In this document: one piece after another, positions 62,263-64,000 of the stretch
How positions within the stretch are numbered: the stretch's first letter is position 1
Layout of the letters: the number at the start of each line of letters is the position of its first letter
Assembly (NCBI GenBank): GCA_013239625.1
Contig: MU056050.1
Span: 92,337-156,336 of the forward strand
Direction: 5' to 3'
DNA from: Lama guanicoe
Taxonomy: Eukaryota
Length of the DNA: 64,000 bases
Program-made: the position numbers and the translations under genes
The notes under the pieces: generated by a model
Told to the model about the DNA's origin: nothing
Databases searched by the model: none
What the model saw: only the letters and a program-made list of their open reading frames with translations

Positions 62263-64000
62263 GGACCAACCATGACCCAGGACAGCTGGTCAGCTTTAAT
62301 TAACTGCTCAGGCTAATTAACTGACTCCATGATATGACAAATGCTATCTTGGACAGAACTGCCAGTTACTGGTGGACTTGTGCTTTGGCTTGCAAGGCAC
62401 TGTGTGTGGTCTTTGCTAGGTATTGCAATCTCTTCCCACTTTGAATGCTCTAATCCTCAAGATAAGAATTACTGCTAATTGACTATATCCCATCATGGTT
62501 TTGACCTGTGTTTGGCAGCTGGTCTCTGAGGCTCCTGCCTGTGCAGGCAGCACACACAGATTCCTAACCAGTTGGCACTTGAGGTGCAGTTACCAAGGGT
62601 GGAGCTATAGCTTTCTGATCACTTTGTCTAGCCTGGTTACTGTCACTGGCTGCTTGAACAGCTGTAACATACCTTGTTGATGGTTGTGTGCTACTAGGAC
62701 AGACCCAGGGACACCTCTGTGAGGCTAGTGGAAAGGAAGGAGACCATCATCTTGGGGAGAATTAAGCTGACTATTAGTTGCCTAACAGTCACTGTTATTC
62801 AGGTAAGGAGAACATTCTTGCTCATCTCCTGTACTGCTGCTTCCTTTGCGGCTGTCATGTATGCTCTCCTAACCCCCAAAGGTATTCAGGTAGACATCTA
62901 TGGTGGCCCATGGCCCAGGCATCAATGATTTTAAAAATGGGAAGGAGTATTTCATACCTAATTGCTCTCCCAATGCATAACTCCTAACCAATGTGCCTGG
63001 GTTTTGCCTAACGCTGCTGCTTACCAGTGCATCAAAAGTCCTAATCTTGCAATCACAGAGCTTGATGAATTCCATTTAGGCTATAGACAAAATGATCTTA
63101 CTGGATGTGGACCTCAACCCATAACCATCAAGAAAGTCCACATCACTGATGACTGGGCAGAGAGAGAAACTGAAAGCAGTGGCTTCACATGGCTAGAAAT
63201 CTAAACTGTTATGAGGGAATTTTTAGAGAAAGAAAAGGGTGGGGAAGGGAAGCCCCTGCAGGGGAAAGAGTCGGGCTGTAGCACACTTGTGGACCCAATG
63301 ATCTTCTTTTACACCACTCTGCTGCTCATGCCTCCTGTGGGACAAAGAGCTCCATTCTCAGGGTTGCAGGAAAAACATTACATTGAAACAAAGGTCCACA
63401 ATTGGACACAATTGGAAATACAAAATGTACTAAAATAATTCATACAGCAAAAAGACAAAAGGGCACTTTTGCACCTCTACAACATAGGCTCTGAATTAAC
63501 TTCAACATTTGCAGCTGAAATGCACCAACTGGCAAATGTTCATGGAGTTAGTCAATACTAAGGCTCAGATTACAGTTATACCTGGGGACCCATTAAATTA
63601 AAACAAGGTACTCTCCATAATCTTAAGGGAGTTACTGAATGTAAAATAGAGGACAAATAGGTATGCTTCACCTTAACCATCAGAATTACCATTTTGCCTA
63701 TATTCCCCATTGTCATAGCACTCACTATCCTAAAATATCCCATAGTGGGCATGGACATTCTGACCCAATGAATAATAAATTAAAATTAAATAAAGTCTTT
63801 GGCATTTACAAATTGCCTTAACTAAACGAGGTGCCATGGATTCCCCTGTTAAAATAGTTAATATGACCTAATGTAACTTGAAACAGAGACTTCAAAGATT
63901 AAAACTTATATATAAGACCTAATTAGTGAAGGGGTGATTATCTCCACTGCTCCTTCATTTGACGTCCCAATTTGGCCTGTTCTTAAACCTGGAAAGAATG
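62263..64000 (+). mobile_element. Degenerate ERV internal region (leader, gag, pro, start of RT), truncated by the window edge
   Basis: Protease-end motif YPIVGMDIL at about 63735-63761 and RT N-terminal motif PIWPVLKPGKN at 63967-63999; many stops. Confidence 0.8.

Overview
Mammalian genomic DNA, most likely camelid: it carries Vic-1-type tRNA-derived SINEs, and I saw no Alu, Bov-tA or PRE-1 elements. It is probably X-linked, by synteny of the human orthologue. The only protein-coding gene I can support is TMEM255A (FAM70A) on the minus strand. Coding exons 1-9 were reconstructed by hand with GT-AG junctions and consistent phases (891 nt, 297 codons, 49488 down to 5815). The last exon lies beyond the left edge, and the CpG-island promoter is at about 48.6-49.8 kb. 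The rest is intron and upstream sequence rich in repeats: a degraded full-length L1 in intron 4, an L1 lacking most of ORF2 at the left edge, several truncated L1s with target-site duplications (TSDs), MIR/L2/CR1/MER/MLT relics, two Vic-1 SINEs, and a class III ERV with a tRNA-Ser primer site running off the right edge. Almost all entries in the ORF track are spurious or repeat-derived. The most notable observations are a tailless retrocopy of the 5' half of tRNA-Tyr with a 7-nt 5' extension, a 285-bp nested hairpin just upstream of the likely cassette exon 6, a perfect 26-bp inverted templated insertion inside L1 ORF2, and the HAL1-like L1. I found no evidence for a new multi-gene system or a CRISPR-like array. 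Repeat family names come from recalled consensus sequences and their boundaries are approximate unless a TSD is given.
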